From contig JAIZWK010000001.1 of the NCBI GenBank assembly GCA_021498095.1, positions 2,520,001 to 2,552,000 of the forward strand: 32,000 nt of DNA, in the 5' to 3' direction. The DNA is from Candidatus Harpocratesius repetitus (GTDB lineage: Archaea > Asgardarchaeota > Lokiarchaeia > Sigyniarchaeales > Promethearchaeaceae). Of this stretch, positions 29,286-32,000 are shown in pieces. A program made the translations under genes and the position numbers. The first letter of the stretch is position 1; each line of letters opens with the position of its first letter. The notes under the pieces are model-generated. The model saw only the letters and a program-made list of their open reading frames with translations. It made no database searches and had not been told where the DNA came from.

Positions 29286-29855
29286 TCACCGTTTCATTTT
29301 TTGTCGTACATTACTTCGTGTATATTGCTGATTTCTTGTAGTATTTCTTTGGGTCGCTTGTTTATGTCGTGTAAAACTAATAACTTTTCCCATCCCTTTT
29401 TCAAAGTCTTTTAAATAAGATCGGCAAGTCAATTCGGGCATTGCTCCTGCCTCCACAATAATTCGGTTTTCATTTGGAAGCACATCGATTTGATATGTCA
29501 ATCTCTGAGTATTTCTTCCATTTCCAATAAGTTTTTCAAAAAACAAACGATAGCCTCCTATAATTGCTCGTTTATTTTTATAATGAAATCCTTTATTTCT
29601 TAGAGTATGTTTAGCATGATTCAAAGTATAAGCAGGTAGAATTTGAGAATTAATTTCAGTTAATCTTTGATTAAGCCGATTCCTAGTTAAATTTTGATGT
29701 TCATCTTGAGTACGGACGCTTGAAGCTATACAGTAATGAGTTCCAGTTGATTTGATTTTTAGATCAGCTAAACTTAACTGCTTTATTGCATCTTCTAAGC
29801 ATTCACGGCAATTATATGTTCCTTGTTCAACTTCTATAGTAATTATTCCCGACAA
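29286..29855 (-). CDS. Putative DUF1257 (Ycf35)-DUF2997 fusion protein
   Basis: The N-half (MSGIITIEV..LEDAIKQL...AYTLNHAKHTLRNKGF) resembles DUF1257. The C-half (IDVLPNENRIIVEAGAMPELTCRSYLKDFEKGMGKV plus a Q/T/R-rich tail) resembles DUF2997. Position next to a Ycf46-like AAA supports both. Confidence 0.6.
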   Translation of the reverse strand: MSGIITIEVEQGTYNCRECLEDAIKQLSLADLKIKSTGTHYCIASSVRTQDEHQNLTRNRLNQRLTEINSQILPAYTLNHAKHTLRNKGFHYKNKRAIIGGYRLFFEKLIGNGRNTQRLTYQIDVLPNENRIIVEAGAMPELTCRSYLKDFEKGMGKVISFTRHKQATQRNTTRNQQYTRSNVRQKMKR

Positions 29856-29978
29856 ATTATATCACCATTTTTAATTTTTATTCATTTTGTTTTTTAATTT
29901 TAATTTTAAATTTGCTTATAAATTTAAAAAATTTGTTTCTGTTTAGATTGCAAATTATTTATAAATTATTTAGAATGA

Positions 29979-30659
29979 TCATTGAATAATCGGGACACAA
30001 TCCAACACCTTTTTAAAACCAAATTCGAGATATATTACCCCAAAGATAGCTTCGACCAATGTGCTTTTCTCATGGTTTAGATTTTTCACGTTTTTCGGAT
30101 CAATCATCCTGGTTCGCTTTAGTCTATATTCGTATAATCCCCATTTATCACAAATGGTTGCCAAATGATCGTTATTAACAACATTCATCCGCTTTTTTGT
30201 CAGTTCGCCAATTTTGGAAATTGAAGAATCCCAAAAGGATTCAATAGTAGCTAAATCTAAAGCAGCATCACCAATTAATGCCAGAGTATCTCCTACGTCC
30301 CCTATATTGCACAATTCCTTAAAATCCACGCTTGGAAAAGCAGAATTCTCCTCTTTCTGAAAACGAATTTGTAGTTGTTCGAATAAATTGTTAAGACTAG
30401 GGCGACATAGCGCTAAAAAGACCATTTCTGGTGTTTCGAAATGTATTCTTAGTATTTTTTCCAATTTTGGCAATAAAACGGATTCAATCAGTTCTATTGA
30501 TTTCAATAAATTTTGTAACTCATCCAAGAAATTCCTAAGAGTTTTTCGGATGTTAGTATATTCTTGTGGTGTTTGGTCAAGTTGTAAAGCAATAAAATTT
30601 TTTAATTTCTCGGTTTTTGTAATCAATCCTATTGCATTCCATTTTAGTCGTTTTTCCAT
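29979..30659 (-). CDS. Ribonuclease III-domain protein without dsRBD (Mini-III-like)
   Basis: LEKILRIHFETPEMVFLALCRPS, TLALIGDAAL and KSTLVEAIFGVIYLEFG match RNase III elements. The protein ends right after the catalytic domain. Confidence 0.8.
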   Translation of the reverse strand: MEKRLKWNAIGLITKTEKLKNFIALQLDQTPQEYTNIRKTLRNFLDELQNLLKSIELIESVLLPKLEKILRIHFETPEMVFLALCRPSLNNLFEQLQIRFQKEENSAFPSVDFKELCNIGDVGDTLALIGDAALDLATIESFWDSSISKIGELTKKRMNVVNNDHLATICDKWGLYEYRLKRTRMIDPKNVKNLNHEKSTLVEAIFGVIYLEFGFKKVLDCVPIIQ

Positions 30660-30898
30660 ATTTATCTATTTAGAGATACAAAAAATTGTATTTAAAGATG
30701 ACCAATGTAGCATCTTTTGAAGAACTACTTTGTTTTTTCAGTTTATGATTTGGATATTTTTCAACTTCATCATTCTAAAATAAAAAATAATTGTAATCCA
30801 AATTTGCTGTTTAAAAAGATATTTTTATATTTCACAAAAACAAACCGTTAATTAATTCTACCTTTCTATAAAAATTATTATCCACATTTCGAATTATT

Positions 30899-32000
30899 AT
30901 GAAAATCTCAATCCAAAAAAAGTTTGAACAATTATCACAGATTTATACTAGAGCATTTGATGCAGAATTTTTGAACACTTCAATGCTCTCGGTTGTGCGT
31001 GCTTATCAGCAAAAAAACATTGCTGATTTAGAAATATGGACATTCATCTGTGCGATCTCAAATTATCAATTAAGTGTGACTAAAAATCTAATTCCAATGA
31101 TGACTGCATTAATGAATCGATTAAACCAAGAAAATTTGTATTATATTGATTTAGTCTATCATCCAGATAAGGCGGAGCAAATTTTATCTTCTTTTCAATG
31201 GGGGAAACATAACTTGGGTTATATTCATCGTTTTTTTCGATATCCCCAGCTGATCATCATAAATAATCAAATTTTGACAATTATAAAAAAATACGAATCT
31301 TTGGGTAAATATATTGAATATTTATACGATTTAGCTCTAAATGCAGATCCCGAATATCCACTCCGCTATATCTTGAAAAATTTTACTGAAAAATTAAGTG
31401 AAGGACTGCCACCAGATTTTCCTCGAGGAATAATTCCAAAATTTCGCAAAGACAATTCTACCGGTCCTATGAAAAGGCTTTGCTTGTTTTTCCGCTGGAT
31501 GGTACGGCCGTATCCAGATTTGCAGAGATGGAACTTTTTTGACCCTCAACATTTGCTCATCCCCTTTGATTCAGGAATAAAGAGAGTTCTGCAACGAGCA
31601 TTCAAAATATCATTAAGAAAATCAGCAAAATTGGAAGATGTTCTTAAAACAACTCGTTTTCTTAAAGAAATTAATCCCAAGGACCCAGTTAAATATGATT
31701 TTATTTTGAGCCGGCCTGCAATTGCTGGTTATTGTCAAAAAGACAAGGATAAAAATTTTTGCTATTACTGTCCGCTTTTTGAATTATGTAGTGAGGCAGC
31801 AAGATTACCTGAAGAAGGAATCGTAAAACCCTTGAGTTCTAAACATGAATCTGAACTCTTTCAGAGATTTTTAAGGTTAAATATTAAGAAATTTGATTTA
31901 GTGGAAACGGAAGTTCCTTTAGGGAATCGTAGGGCTGATGCAGTGCTTCACGTTAAAAGAAATGGGATTTGGGTTGTGGAAGTTGAAAATGAATTGAATT
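30899..32000 (+). CDS. DUF2400 (TIGR02757-like) protein fused to a 4-Cys cluster and a PD-(D/E)xK-like domain; runs off the window end
   Basis: Manual translation from the ATG at 30899 is open to 32000: PMKRLCLFFRWMVR, LLIPFDSGIKRV, DPVKYDFIL, then CQKDKDKNFCYYCPLFELC, then ETEVPLGNRRADAV...IWVVEVE. It is absent from the ORF track, presumably because no stop falls in the window. Confidence 0.82.
   Translation, partial: MKISIQKKFEQLSQIYTRAFDAEFLNTSMLSVVRAYQQKNIADLEIWTFICAISNYQLSVTKNLIPMMTALMNRLNQENLYYIDLVYHPDKAEQILSSFQWGKHNLGYIHRFFRYPQLIIINNQILTIIKKYESLGKYIEYLYDLALNADPEYPLRYILKNFTEKLSEGLPPDFPRGIIPKFRKDNSTGPMKRLCLFFRWMVRPYPDLQRWNFFDPQHLLIPFDSGIKRVLQRAFKISLRKSAKLEDVLKTTRFLKEINPKDPVKYDFILSRPAIAGYCQKDKDKNFCYYCPLFELCSEAARLPEEGIVKPLSSKHESELFQRFLRLNIKKFDLVETEVPLGNRRADAVLHVKRNGIWVVEVENELN

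Noticed and set aside
18449-30720. Plus-strand ORFs within the operon (18449, 18859, 20040, 22407, 25415, 26474, 26625, 27242, 27728, 27732, 30388)
   Set aside because: All are antisense to long, motif-supported minus-strand genes.
1-32000. CRISPR array, DGR, integron or IS element
   Set aside because: No regularly spaced repeat-spacer series, reverse transcriptase, integrase or transposase motifs were seen. The tandem repeats have no spacers.

Overview
Very AT-rich, prokaryote-type window. TTG/GTG starts, GGAG-type RBSs, a divergent Pelota/aRF1-like gene and a Uma2-plus-coiled-coil paralog are consistent with an archaeon, possibly Asgard/Lokiarchaeia (inference, not verified). The left half has a Pelota-like gene, a Uma2 nuclease-like gene with heptad repeats, an acyl-CoA dehydrogenase, a truncated TIR gene, two large surface-protein genes broken by homopolymer frameshifts (one with FG-GAP repeats), a ChbG/YdjC deacetylase, two toxin-antitoxin pairs (AbrB-VapC, MNT-HEPN) and a PD-(D/E)xK-like gene lying between imperfect direct repeats. 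The right half holds the main finding, a tightly packed ~14 kb minus-strand operon: DUF1257(Ycf35)-DUF2997-like fusion, NrdG-like radical SAM, Ycf46-like AAA+ ATPase, a large protein with a degenerate Hsp70-like ATPase domain, a UPF1-like SF1 helicase fused to a Regnase/Zc3h12a-type NYN RNase, and a 1253-aa orphan. An RNase III/Mini-III-like gene lies just upstream. I know of no named system with this composition; it looks like an NTP-regulated, RNA-targeting conflict or defence system (inference). The window ends in a DUF2400 gene fused to an EndoIII-like Cys cluster and a PD-(D/E)xK-like domain. No rRNA, tRNA, CRISPR array, integrase or transposase was recognised. All family calls come from motif reading by eye, without database searches.
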